NCBI GenBank assembly: GCA_951406725.2
Contig: OX597818.1
Coordinates: 106,826,001-106,890,000 of the forward strand
Direction: 5' to 3'
Origin: Octopus vulgaris
Lineage: Eukaryota
DNA length: 64,000 nucleotides
Shown here: piece by piece, positions 40,905 through 53,801 of the stretch
Layout of the letters: each line of letters opens with the position of its first letter
Position numbering within the stretch: the stretch's first letter is position 1
Position numbers and translations under genes: made by a program
Notes under the pieces: generated by a model
Databases searched by the model: none
What the model saw: the letters and a program-made list of their open reading frames with translations, nothing else
What the model was told of the DNA's origin: nothing

Positions 40905-40989
40905 CACACACACAAACACAAACACACACACACACACAAACACATAAAACATTCATACATGTATATTCATGTATATGTACATATTTTTC

Positions 40990-41325
40990 TTTTCTTTTTC
41001 TTGTCTCAGTCATTTGACTGCGGCCATGCTAGAGCACCACCAATTTTAGTCAAAGAAATCGACCCCTGGATTTATCCTCTGTAAGTCTGGTACTATTTCT
41101 ATTGGTCTGTTTTGCTGAACTGTTAAGTTACAGGGATGTAAACACACCAACATTGGTTGTCAAGCAATGGTGGGGGTATAAGCACATGCACAAACACACA
41201 AGTATATACATATATACGACAGGCTTCTTTCAGTTTCCATCTACCAAATCTATTCACAAGGCTCTGGTTGGCCTAAGGCTAGAGTAAAAGACACTTACCC
41301 AAGGCGCCCCACAGTGGGACTGAAT
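40990..41325 (-). mobile_element. CORE-like SINE lacking its extreme 5' end
   Basis: Same family as 11718-12117; abuts the Tc1/mariner element. Confidence 0.85.
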
Positions 41326-41328
41326 ATA

Positions 41329-42190
41329 CAGGGAAGCCCAAAAGTCACTGAGGGATTGCAATTTTTGATAATTCTTTTATTTTATGACATTTTTCTTTTC
41401 TTTTCAGGGACTTTATGGATTAGCTCCTGGAAATTAATCATGAAAATGATGGCACTGCACAATGCACCCAAGTGATGAAATAGTTCTATCAAAATCAGGG
41501 GTCAATTATTCAAACCCTGAGAGCATATCACTGGTATTTTCAAGTGAGAGATGCCCCAAGTGAAAACACAATTAGGAACTTAGTTTGCCATTTTGAAAAA
41601 CAAGGGGCAGTAAATGATCAATCATGATCTGGGAAACCTCAAACTGTCAGAGCTGATGAGGCAAGGGAACGAGTGTGAGAGGGTATTGAACGGAATCTGG
41701 GTAAATTGACTTGAAGGCGGTCCAAACAGCATGGGATTTCATGAACTTCGCTGCAGAGTTCTCAGCAGCCTTAGCCTTTTTCCATACAAGGTAGAGTTGG
41801 TCCAACAATTAAACAGACTCCAATACACTGTCAGAATCCCGGAATTAACACAAAATGACCCAAATTTTACACAAAAATTGATTATGTCTAATGAAGCTCA
41901 CTTTCATTTGAATAGGTTCATCAACAGACAAAATTGCTGGTTTTGGGGCTCTGAGAATCCAAGAGCCCTGCACCAAAGAGAATTGTGCTCCCAGAAAGTG
42001 TGAAGCTGAAAATGGAAGCCATTTAAAAGATGTCATTTTTCATATATAATGTAGAGGTATGAGGAAAAAGGGCCAATGCAAATTAATTTCCATTATCTTC
42101 CGTATATTGAATAAAAATTTCATACAACTATTTGTAAAAATAAGGGAGTTATTAAAAATCAAACCCCTTGGGCTCTTCTGGGTCATCTGG
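41329..42190 (+). mobile_element. Decayed rosa/DD41D-like Tc1/mariner element with degenerate TIRs
   Basis: YQNQGSIIQTLRAY..APSENTIRNLVCHFEKQG; FPYKVELVQQL..LIMSNEAHFHLNRFINRQNCWFWGSENP; TA-flanked ends with weak inverted similarity. Confidence 0.88.
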
Positions 42191-42212
42191 TATATACATG
42201 CCCCATGCACAT

Positions 42213-42269
<57 letters not shown>

Positions 42270-42284
42270 AATACATAGAAAAGT

Positions 42285-42660
42285 AAAAATATATGAAATT
42301 TAAGAGGTATGCAGTATATATATATCTGGAAGATCCTGGAAGGAATTGTGCCAAATTTTGGCATTGAAAGCTACACCAATGCCAGAACAGGACGACACTG
42401 CATAGTAACAAAGGTCCCAGCAATGCCATCATGCTTCAGGACCAGTTACTGCAATAGCCTGGGTTTCAAGGGCCCACAGCTTTTTAATATTCTCCCAAAG
42501 AATCTGAGGAACTTGCACAAAGTAGATGTAGGGGTTTTTAAATCAAAGCTGGACCTCTTCCTGTTGAGAGTCCCAGATGAACCTACCTTACGGCAAGAGG
42601 TGCAAATGAGTGTAGCTATATCAAACTCCATGTTTCACCAAGTGCCACATATTAGAGGAG
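42285..42660 (+). mobile_element. CR1/L2-group LINE ORF2 C-terminus
   Basis: IYIWKILEGIVPNFGI..GPQLFNILPKNLRNL..FKSKLDLFLLRVPDEP. Confidence 0.85.
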
Positions 42661-42829
42661 GCTCTTTCTTAAAGTCCTTTGTTTTCCTTATTTTACCATC
42701 TTTCCAAAAACATATCCAGCTGCTCCTGCAATTCATGTTCCCTTTTGTGTTCTCTGAGTTTCACAATGTTTTGCTTATTTTTTGGTCAGCCTTTTGCCTT
42801 CATGCTTCACATTCTAAAAAACAAAAGTA

Positions 42830-43500
42830 ATCTTTAATCTGATTGTGTGGTGGTCGGTAGAATAGTCTACACCTCTCATGGCTTTTGTATCCAAGACATT
42901 CTTCTGATCTCTTCCCCGGGCTCTGGGTAGTTATGAAGTCTAACAAGTGCCAACACTTGGAGCATCCAAGTGATCTTTTGATCTTTGAAGACAATGTTTG
43001 TAATTCTCTTCATACCTTTGTATTTACAAATACCCAATAATTAAAAATAAACCAATTGCCCAGTTAAACAGAGGCTTGAACTTGACATTTCAAAGCAAAC
43101 CACAGAACTTGATCTATTTTAACCTGTAACTCCATTCAAATTGAACTTCTTACCTTTGTGTTTTTAAAGATGCTTGAATGAACACAAAGAAGCATATTGC
43201 ACTAAACCTTAATTTCCTACATTAAATATCTTGCAATTAAAATTCTGTGATGATCTAACCAAAGTGTGTACGTCTTAGATTGATGGAAGGGCAGCAGCCC
43301 GTTATCTCTTTCTTAGCTTCCTGTTCCGCCATGCATTGTTGTTGTTGTATGAAACATTGCCTCTCATTTTAATGGATGACCACAATGTATGCAGGGAAAT
43401 ATTTTTGACCAAGTTATTGGTAATAAATGATAAATGATTGGAGGGAGTGTAGATGCCTGGCAGGGTCTCATGTGGCTTAAGATAAGGACAGCACAAACAC
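42830..43500 (-). mobile_element. Penelope-like element remnant (post-RT motif and GIY-YIG tail)
   Basis: PYLKPHETLPGIYTPSNHLSFITNNLVKNISL matches the PLE KP...SNH...K motif; downstream MELQVKIDQVLWF resembles the GIY-YIG C-terminal WELK..I...W motif. Confidence 0.7.
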
Positions 43501-43602
43501 TCAACGCCAACACATACACCCAACTGTATGTATATGTACACCCATGGATAAATACAAATACATGGATATTCACAGATGCATACACATTCATCAAATACCA
43601 AG

Positions 43603-43642
<40 letters not shown>

Positions 43643-44238
43643 CACACACACACACAAAGTCTATACATGTAAACACACCATATACATAAACATACTTGAA
43701 TATAAAATAATTCTCTGTACTTATTGACTCGCAAAACCAAACAAACTTGTGCAGACTAACACGACCAAGCTACACTAACCACACACCTGCATAAACACAA
43801 ACACACACGCACCAATGCCAACATTGACCAGAAACTAAATGATCGTGTATTACCTTCAATAAAACCTACACACCAACACATCTGCACACATATACTAATG
43901 CACTAACATACTAATCAATATGCCACAACTCACACCCAGAGTGTAAACAAATACATAAACATGGAGAAAGACACACCCTCACGAGTCAGACAGTCTCATC
44001 CCATCGACATATACAAACCCCCTGGAAAAGTAAACACGCAAAAGACTGAATAAAGTCCAAACGCAAATCCATGGGCTGTAATGTGATACTTCTCTGAAGA
44101 ATGCTCTCCCATAAAACAGCAACTGTCCCTGGCAATTTATTTCTTTAGCCAATATCTCACTGCTGTCCCTTTCAGCAAACCATTTCATATCTAAACTTTC
44201 AAAATACACACGAATAGGTGAACACACACGCACGCACG

Positions 44239-44299
<61 letters not shown>

Positions 44300-44612
44300 T
44301 TATTGCTTATCTCATTCATCCTCACACATGCATGCTAACAAAATTGAGCTGTACTAACCACACACACACACACACACACCAGCAATGAAACTGACCGTAA
44401 AGCAAGCCACATACATTAAGCTAAATACCCCACAACTGAAAGTTAAATATTCATACAAACATACAAATATGCTGATCTCTAATACACAGAACCAGCCCTG
44501 TCCACCCATCCATCTAGCCAGCCGCCCACATAAGTCTGTACATGTATGCATATGTACACAATACGCACAGGAGGAATTGCTTGACCCTAGCAATGTCAGT
44601 CTTGGTATTATC

Positions 44613-44840
44613 GAGCTGGCAGAAACGTTAGCACGCCGGGCGAAATGCTTAGAGGTATTTCGTCTGCCGTTATGTTCTGAGTTCAAATTTCGCCGAGGTC
44701 GACTTTGCCTTTCACCCTTTCGGGGTCGATAAATTAAGTACCAGTTACGCATTGGGGGCGATTTAATTGACTTAATCTGTTTGTCTGTCCTTGTTTGTCC
44801 TCTCTGTGTTTCGCCCCTTGTGGGGTAGTAAAGAAATAGA
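44613..44840 (+). mobile_element. tRNA-derived SINE with Meta-domain-like centre; 7-bp TSD
   Basis: GAGCTGGCAGAAACGTTAGCA..GAGTTCAAATT..GACTTTGCCTTTCACCCTTTCGGGGTCGATAAATTAAGTACCAG; TSD TATTATC at 44606-44612 and 44841-44847. Confidence 0.9.
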
Positions 44841-45371
44841 TATTATCACTGGTTCTGCTGAAAGAGAAGAAGCTCTTTGTAGAATCTTTTGCTAACAAAA
44901 TGCATCTGCTTCTCTCATTACATGTTTGGTGTTCTCATCTCAGTTATAACTTACTTCCATGTTGGGTATATGTTTGCAAACCCCCAACACCTCCACCACA
45001 TACACAAAGCATTACCAGTGTTCTGATGGTGGAAGTATTGATGGTGGTGGTCATATTGTTCATGTTAATCTCTTGTGGTTGTTGGTCAGTCTCCATTCAA
45101 ATCTCATCTAAAATCAGAGACACGTTGTTCAATGTTGAAAATATACTTGGCCACCACCTTATCTCATATTGTTGTCTTTTATTTCAGATGGAGTTGGTTA
45201 TTTTCTTCATACTGTTTATTGTTGTTGCTGTTGTTGTTGTTGGTCATTAAGGGCTTGATGAGTCAGAAATGGTTAAGATTGTATTGGTTTTGGTGTTGAA
45301 GGAAGCTGTATTAATTGGGGACAGTGGTGCTGGTGAAGATTGATTTGTATGTGGAAATAAATTCTATAAGA

Positions 45372-45535
45372 GCAGGCATGGTTGTGTGGTAAGATGTTTG
45401 CTACCCAATCACATGGTTACAGGTTCAATCCCATTGCATCAAACATTGAGCAAGTCACTTCTACTAAAGCCTCAGGCTAACCATAACTTTGTGAGTGGAT
45501 TTGGTAGGCAGCTTGTGAAAGAAACCTGTCGTGTA
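45372..45535 (+). mobile_element. CORE-like SINE 5' half
   Basis: GCAGGCATGGTTGTGTGGTAAG..GGTTCAATCCC. Confidence 0.75.
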
Positions 45536-45539
45536 TATA

Positions 45540-46448
45540 GAAGATAGCTTTTGTGTGCAGCAGATGCACAGGGGCAATAGACACCACAGATACTCAGAAA
45601 ACAGATTCCCTCACACTCCAGGGGGAGAAACTAGAAGTAGTTGATAGTTTCTGCTACCTAGGTGACCAAGTTAGTAATGGGGGTGGATGATCAGAGAGTG
45701 TTACCACTAGAATACGAATAGCCTGGGCAAAGTTTAGAAAGCTCCTACCCCTACTGGTGACAAAGGTCTCTCGCTCAGAGTGAAAGGTAGATTGTACGAT
45801 GCATGTGTGCAAACTGCCATGCTTCACAGCAGTAAAAGACGGGCTGTGACTGCAGAGGACATGCATAGGCTTGAAAGAAATGAAGCTAGCACAATCCGCT
45901 GGATGTGTAATGCCAGTGTGCACACACGACAGAGTGTAAGTACCCTGAGAGAAATGCTGGACATAAGAAGCATCGGATGTGGCGTGCAAAAGAGACGTTT
46001 GTGCTGGTATGATCATGTACTAATGGTGAATGAGGAGAGATGTGTGAAGAGGTGCCACTTCCAAACAGTTGTAGGAATCCAAGGTAGAGGTAGACCCAGG
46101 AAGACATGGGATGAGGTGGTCAAGCATAACCTTCGAATGTTGGGCCTCACAGAGTCAATGACGAAAGACCAAGATCTCTGGAGATATGCTGTGACTGCAA
46201 AGACCCAACAAATATTGTAAGTTTGTGGCTGTTTTCTACACCAGTTTCGCATTGCCTCCACCCATCAAAAGTACCTTGGATTTTTGCAGAATGACCTGCT
46301 GTGCTTGAGGAGACCTATTGAGTCAAGTACATCAATATCAAAATAAATATCAAATGGAAATTGTAGTTGTGATGCCCGTGCCGGTACCAACTGATCGTGG
46401 CCATTGCCAGCCTCCCCTGGCACCTGTGCCGGTGGCATGTAAAAAGCA
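45540..46448 (+). mobile_element. RTE LINE 3' third
   Basis: KLEVVDSFCYLGDQVSNGGG; KGRLYDACVQTAMLH..LERNEAS..GRGRPRKTWDEVVKHNL. Confidence 0.93.
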
Positions 46449-47151
46449 ATTTGTCCCTCAGAATTATTACAAGTCCAAAAAATGAAACCAGTAAAAGATT
46501 AAACCAATGTGGTATGGTGTGATTTTATGAAGAGTTGGCTGTTCTTTCTAGCAAGTAAGCATCCACAAAATGGTCTCCTTATTGGCTTGCTGCTTCTGAG
46601 GATAATATTGTGATGGTGGTGGTGGTGGTGGTGGTGGTGGTGGTGGTGTTGATAATGATAATGTTATTAATGATAGTGAAAAAAATGTAGTCATGTTAAT
46701 GCTAATGATTATGACTGTGATGATGATGATGATAATGTTGATGATGACGATGATGATGATGATTCTGACATGTATAAGAAAAGCAGAAAAATACTGAAAT
46801 TAGTAAAGAAGTAGGACAATCGATGCGGTACGAGGGAACAAATTCTCTTTTAAAATGATGCCTCCCCACCCCACAATCCATTTCCTTCAAAAATCCTTTG
46901 TTATCGCATTTATTTTATTTTTTTAATACACATTTTGCATTCCTTGAATCAGCATAAAGAAATGGCTTGAATTTTGTATGTTTCTTCTAATAAGAGTAGG
47001 AGATCTAATAGCGTGGAAAAAATTAGATTATTTTGAAATCTGAAAGTAATTCTTTATTCTCATTTAGATAATTCTCAGTTAGAATTATTAAAACAAACAA
47101 GATTGGTAGCAGTGTGATGGCAGCTTATCTTCCACAGGAACCAAACAAATT

Positions 47152-47523
47152 ATAGCAATCTTTATATCCTACTTAGGAAACATGTTTTGCAAGGATACTG
47201 TAATACTGAGGTATCTGTCCCAAGAGAAAGCATCTCGTAGAGACGTTTAGAACTGAAGAAGCATCGACAATATCAGTGGCAGATGAAAATCACTTCTGTA
47301 CTAGTAGTGGAACTGCTGAATCACATGATTTCAGTATGCTTGTATTTCATCAGCCACAGGTATTCATTATCACTGTTGCCGATCAAAGCTCACTTCCACT
47401 GATACGTAGAAAAACAATGACTTATCAGGCACTGGTGTCACAAATGGCTTCTCAGGACAAATACCAGAGTAGGACAGCTTTCTTACAAAACATCCATGTT
47501 AAGCATAATATAAAGATTGCTAT
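47152..47523. mobile_element. Old MITE-like element with ~80-bp diverged inverted repeats
   Basis: Outer 16 bp perfect (ATAGCAATCTTTATAT / ATATAAAGATTGCTAT); similarity continues over 47152-47233 vs 47444-47523. Confidence 0.65.
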
Positions 47524-49255
47524 TCAGAACAAATACTGCTTCCATTGATTAAAAAAAGAAAAGAAACATAACTTCTATTGATTTTAACGAGAACTTTGCA
47601 ATCTGTCAATTACAAATTTTGATGAAAGTGTCACTGTCTTTCTGTTTTTCTCTTTGCTGATAAGAGGTGGAATTTGAACTTAGAATGCCTAGACATTGAA
47701 AAGAGACTGTAAGGCATCCTGTTTGATGTTTTAGCAATTCTGTTGATTGATAGACTTAGACTAGAGTTATATTTATTGATCCAGAAATGATGAAAGATAG
47801 CAATGACATCAGTAGGATTTGAACTCAGAAGACAGAGAAACTTCATACATTTTATCCCATGCTCTAATGACTCTCCCAATTTGTCACTTAATTACTTTAA
47901 GATATAATTAAGTAATTAGAAATAACGTTACAAAAATAGATTTCTTTTTCGCTCTTAATTTCAGACTGCAAGATATTCACTGATTAAAAAAAAAATTGCA
48001 TTTGAAATCAAACGTTTTTGGTTCTTTTAACTGCTGAAAATCATCAAAACATCCAAAGCACAGAGAGAAGCGATCTTAGACAAATGTGGAACTCATTGAG
48101 TTAACCAACAAGATGGAGTTTGTTATGATTTTGAATCCAAAGGTCATCCATGATTGAGTAGACTTATGATTGAAGGCAACGACTAAAAGCATCATTTTTT
48201 TTTTTATTCAGACATAATGTGCCTAGGTTTATACCTTATTTCTGGTAAGTTAAAAGGCACAGAGGCACAGAGGCACAATTAGCTCAACATTGGTGATTGA
48301 CAAAAAATAGTGGTAAATAGGACTAGATCTATTAAACATAAATTTTTATTCTTTTACATTCTGAGTTCAAATCCTGTTGCAGTTAATAATATTGCTTTTC
48401 ATCTTTTAGGAAGCAGTATGGCTCCAAACAGATGCAAAATTCACCCCAGTCATACACAGAGATAAGAATCAAGTGTACACCCGGCCTCTGTAAAAACCAG
48501 CTTTGTCATTAAATAGCAAATAATTTGAACAGCTTGTTAAAATATTTCCCATTATAATATTAGTTCATATAGAGTTTTGTTTTTTTAGATTTCCTATCAC
48601 TTTCCACTCTCTCAGGAGGTCGGATTTTCTCTGATAGAAATCAGTGCAGAATTCTATGAGCAGAATAGAAAATGCTGTTCAACAAATAATGGTTCACTCT
48701 ACTTCTGAACAGTTATATATCAGTATTCCTGTTGGCAAACTATTCCAGATAATATCTTTGATACTTCTAAAAGATAGAAAATTAGAATTTAGCTGTAAAC
48801 ACATTAGCAGAGCTCCTGTCTCAACATTTACTGCTTTCAGAAGGAAATTTATAAAACAGAAAGTACACAACTGTAGGTTGTGATTATAGTGGGAGTCATC
48901 TATTTATTTATTTATGTGTGTGTGTGTGTGTGTGTGTATACATATACAGAGATGAGTGTGTGTGTGTATATATATATACACATATGTGTATGTGTTTTGG
49001 TTGAGTCAATCTCTTGCTATATCAAAAGGATCATTGAAAAAAAAAGCAAAAAAACCCCCAAAAAAACCAAACAAACAGAAAACGTAATAAAATGCCTGAA
49101 ATGGAAAGCTTAGTTTTTGGATAAAGTTACATCAAACTCCTCCACTTCATAGATCACTACTTCAGTTTTCATTCTCAGAATAAAGTTCACTATACATATA
49201 CACACATACATACATACATACATACATACATACATACATACATACATACATACAT

Positions 49256-49345
<90 letters not shown>

Positions 49346-49352
49346 GTATATA

Positions 49353-49401
<49 letters not shown>

Positions 49402-49407
<6 letters not shown>

Positions 49408-49600
49408 TATATAGAAGGAGCTTCTACAGGACTAGTACTGTTTCATTCAAGAGAAATCTTCAGGGCTTCCTGAAGATTTCTCTTGAATGAAACAGTACTA
49501 GTCCTGTAGAAGCTCCTTCTATATAATAAATTAATTTTACTCTGCTATGTATTGAGTACCTTACTTACTGTGGTTAACCCCGAATCAACCCGGGACCTAC
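49402..49600. mobile_element. Fold-back PLE-type mini element in (TA)n
   Basis: Perfect 63-bp arms 49402-49464 / 49469-49531, 4-nt loop GCTT, unpaired tail 49532-49600, TA tracts on both sides. Confidence 0.85.
49464..49514 (+). ncRNA. Type I hammerhead ribozyme motif
   Basis: Stem I GGCUUC/GAAGCU; core CUGAAGA 49470-49476; stem II UUC/GAA closed by U-U with UCUU loop; GAAA 49489-49492; stem III ACAG/CUGU; predicted cut after GUA (A49508). Confidence 0.8.
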
Positions 49601-49631
<31 letters not shown>

Positions 49632-49714
49632 CATACATACATACATACATACATACTTACACACACACATAGACAAACACTTTCATTTATGCACACACAT
49701 ATATTCTTTTATTT

Positions 49715-49910
49715 TTTATTTGTTCCAGTCATTTGACTGCTGCCATGCTGGAGCACTGCCTTTAGTTGAACAAATCGACCCAGCAGTTATTCATTGTAAG
49801 CCTAGTACTTATTCTATTGGTCTCTTTTGCTGAACTGCTAAGTCATGGGAGCATAAACACACCAACATTAGTTGTCAAGAAATGTTGGAAGGACAAACAC
49901 AGACACACAA

Positions 49911-49987
<77 letters not shown>

Positions 49988-50127
49988 CATATATACGATG
50001 GGCTTCTTTCAGTTTCTGTCTACCAAATCCATTCACAAGGCATTGGTCGGACCAAGGCTATAATACAAGACACTTGCCCAAAATGCCATGAAATGGGACT
50101 GAACCCAGAACCATGTGGTTGGTAAGC
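49715..50127 (-). mobile_element. CORE-like SINE with internal (TA)n
   Basis: Same family as 11718-12117. Confidence 0.85.
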
Positions 50128-51480
50128 AGGGACATCCTGTCTTGAATTCCTCTGTTATTGTCTGGAGGACTATGATAAATAGGAAGGGGCTGAGAACTGA
50201 ACCATGGTGGACCCCTACCTCTACCAGGAATTTTTCAATGTACTCATTGCCAAACCTCACCTTACTGACAGCGTCCCTGTATATGGCTTGCACAGCTCTC
50301 ACTAACCACTCATCTATCCCTAGTTTCCTCATTGACCACCAGATAAGGGAATGGGGGACCCTATCAAAAGCTTTTCCCATGTCAACGAAAGCCAGGTACA
50401 GAGGTTTATCTTTGGCTAGGTATTTCTCCTGCAGCTGTCTTACCAGAAATATAGCATCATTGGTGCTTTTCCCTGGTATGAACCCAAATTGCATCTCATC
50501 TAAACTGACTCTCTCCCTAATTAGTTGGGCTATGACCCTCACCGTGACCTTCATTACCTGCTCCAACAATTTAATACCTCCGTAATTATTTGTATCTAAA
50601 GCATCACCCTTACCTTTGTAGCAGTTCACTATGGTGCAGGATCTTTAAGCTTCCAGACCCTTCTCCTTCATGCTGGTCGTATCTGGGCATCCATTCAGCC
50701 CTGATCCTGAAGTTGCTAACTACCAGTCTTTGTTGTGGTGTACATGTTTCACCTGGGAATGTTTTGGCACTTATAAGCAGCCATCTTTCCCTTTTTCTGG
50801 TGAGGATGTAGTCAATTTGGCTAGTGTGTCTACCAGAATGGTAGGCTACTAGGTGACTGGCGAGTTTGCTGAAGTTAATATTGCAAACTATAAGACCAGT
50901 TGCTCGTAGAACTCCAGCAGTCTGGTTCCCTCCTCATTGTGGGAACCAAAACCATAGCCTCCATGTATGCCATGGAAGCCTCCCGTATGTTGTCCAACAT
51001 GTCCATTGGAGTCACCAGCCACAAAGAGAAGGTCCCTGTCATTAGTCAACACAGTAGTCTGCAAGAACGTATCATAGAATCAGTCTTTCTGTCCATCGGG
51101 TAGCCCCGGCTGTGGGGCATAGGCCGAGATAATGGTTGCTAACCCATGAGGAAGCACTAATTTAATCATAAATATTCTGTCGCATACTCTGGCTGCCTCG
51201 ATTACCTTATCAGCCCATTTCTCCACAAGAAGTATACCCACGCCCCTGACCCCATCAGTGTTCCCTACCCAGAAAATCTTGTACCTGTGTTCTTTGCCTG
51301 TGGGAAACCTGGCGGAACCTCCTCTCCACCTTATTTCTTGGAGGCAGCACATATTGACACATCTCCATTAGTTCTCATTCCTAAAGTATCTCAACAATCT
51401 TACCAGACCTACCTTTCAGTGTGCCAACTCTGAGGGTGTGGGAGGTGTGGGCCCGTGAGACCCTGGGATGGGGGACAGCA
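50128..51480 (-). mobile_element. RTE LINE with internal deletions (AP endonuclease plus RT N-half)
   Basis: MCCLQEIRWRGGSAR..GVGILL..ISAYAPQPG (endonuclease); YKGKGDALDTNNYGGIKLL..QFGFIPGKSTNDAIF..FVDMGKAFDRVP..GVHHGSVLSPFLF (RT), truncated before YADD. Confidence 0.95.
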
Positions 51481-52104
51481 GCGTCATGTACCTGAAAAGA
51501 AAGCTCGCATTTGGCAGAATTCATAAAACAAATAATAGCTTTCAACCTGCATTTTTATGCACTATATGATCGCTACTTTACATGGGAGATAAACCCTAAG
51601 TAGGAGGTGGGGATGGCGATAAGCCTTTAGAAGTGCTCATGGGAGACAACCAAAGGATGACAGAGGATAGGAGCTTCTGGTACAGGTGGAGGGGTGGTGG
51701 AAGGGCGTGCATGCCGTGAGATAGCAGATTTAGATGAGAGCATCTTCTGGGTACGTATTCCGAGTGCACGCACAAGATTATATAGGGTGGTGGTGGAGGA
51801 GGGGGAAGTATTTGCAAAGCAAGTGGTAAACAAAACAGAGAGGAGAGACAGAGTGAGGCAGAAAGAGAGGTGGGGGGAGCAAACATGAGGGAGAAAAATA
51901 TTCTTTTGGAATTTTGGGTAACATAATTTAATGAAACAGCAAATGCTGATAATGGTGAAATAGAATTGAAAAATCTTAGAATTTCGGTCAGCCATTCTGC
52001 AACATAATTAGAGAAATAAGCGACGATGTGATAAACTTGAATAAATGAGCATGTGACGATTAATGATTGTTTACATGGTACTGAAATAGATAGAATAATT
52101 AACA

Positions 52105-52740
52105 GAACTGTGCAGGTGGCAATTGAAGAAACACCATTTCGACCCTGTGCTTGAGGAGATCCATTGAGTCAAGTACACCAACATCAAAATCAATGGAAAC
52201 TGCAGTTGTGATCCCTGAGATGGTGGCATGTAAAAGCACCATCTGAACATGGCTGATGCCAGCGCCGCCTAGACTGGCTTCCATGCCAGTGGCACGTAAA
52301 AAGCACTATCCGAATCGTGGCCGATGCCAGCACATCCTTGACTGGCTTCTGTGCTGGTGGCACGTAAAAAGCACTATCCAAATCATGGCCGATGCCAGCA
52401 CCGCCTTGACTGGCTTCCATGCCGGTGGCACGTAAAAAGCACTATCCAAATTGTGGCCGATGCCAGCACCACCTTGACTGGCTTCCATGCCGGTGGCACG
52501 TAAAATGCACCAATCCGATCGTGGCCATTGCCAGCCTCGCCTGGCACCTGTGCAGGTGGCACATAAAAGCACACACTACACTCACGGAGTGGTTGGCTTT
52601 AGGAAGGGCATCCAGCTGTAGAAACACTGCCAGATCAGACTGGAGCCTGGTGCAGCCTTCTAGCTTCCCAGATCCCCGATCGAACCGTCCAACCCATGCC
52701 AGCATGGAGAACGGACGTTAAACCATGATGATGTTCATCA
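52105..52740 (+). mobile_element. RTE 3' UTR with an expanded 68-bp tandem subrepeat
   Basis: Units start ~52222, 52288, 52356, 52424 and 52492 (GTGGCACGTAAAAAGCACTATCC..), followed by the standard tail. Confidence 0.9.
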
Positions 52741-53310
52741 TCATATAAGCCAAGACAATTGTGGCTGATAGTGCTGTTGGCGCATCTGATCACCTTCAAA
52801 GTAATTGAATTCAAGTTAAATTCATCTACTTTAAGTCCCACTGAAATCTTTTAGGTTAGACCATTGTTAGTATGTCTCCATGAGTAACCCTACCTGATGT
52901 TAATATTCTTGATAGCAATGCTCTTGGAATCATAGGAAAATGCAAAGAAGTTCTGTGACCATTTTAGCAAAGAAGTTCTGTGACCATTTTATGTCAATGT
53001 AATCATGGGGAGTCAATATACATTTGGAAAATATTTAACAGATTGTATTAAAGTAATAGGGCTGACTATTAGCAAATTAAAATCCTTCCTGGTTAAACTC
53101 TGACATGGCTGCATTCCAATGATTGAAACCTGTAACAGAATAAAAGAATAAAAGCTTATTTATTCTCATATTCATAAACATCTACATCTTCATTCATATA
53201 TTCAACTTGAAATCACAGGGGAGGACAACCATCACAGTATGAAGCTGACTGCTGAACGAGATTTTAGCATAAGTATGTTATTGTAGTTACTTTTTTCACA
53301 AAATTATTCA

Positions 53311-53345
<35 letters not shown>

Positions 53346-53420
53346 ATGTGCACATACATGTCTGAGCGTGTGTGTGTGTGTATATCTAAACACTAATTTT
53401 TTAAAAATTATAAATCTATA

Positions 53421-53465
<45 letters not shown>

Positions 53466-53755
53466 GCTTGTATGTAAATCTTTTTGCAAATCTATGGTGA
53501 ACAATAGAATTATTGATCTGTCAAAAATAATTGCTATCTTGACTACTAATAGATCACTTATTGATTAATTACAAATAGCAATGAGTGCTGGGGCTGGGGG
53601 AGATAGTACTCCTCATCCTTTTCGTTTGGTGTAAGATTCTAAATTTGCCAAACAGACTTTTTCTCAAAGCTTGAAATAAAATTCACTTCAAACCATTAGA
53701 AAATCATAAATAGTCAGCTACATTCTCTTACAATCTGCTACAACAACAAACAATA

Positions 53756-53801
<46 letters not shown>

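Noticed and set aside
44613-44700. tRNA genes at A/B-box sequences (also ~4700, ~12100, ~19200)
   Set aside because: They are SINE heads followed by SINE bodies (two with TSDs); no complete cloverleaf
48589-48880. Apparent exon bounded by TTTTTTAG and AG|GT
   Set aside because: No frame stays open from acceptor to donor
50033-50629. 198-aa RT ORF as a functional gene
   Set aside because: Truncated before the YADD motif and runs into a SINE; upstream endonuclease is frameshifted
52222-52570. CRISPR-like regularly spaced repeats
   Set aside because: The intervening sequences are homologous to each other, the array lies inside an RTE 3' UTR, the context is eukaryotic and there are no cas genes
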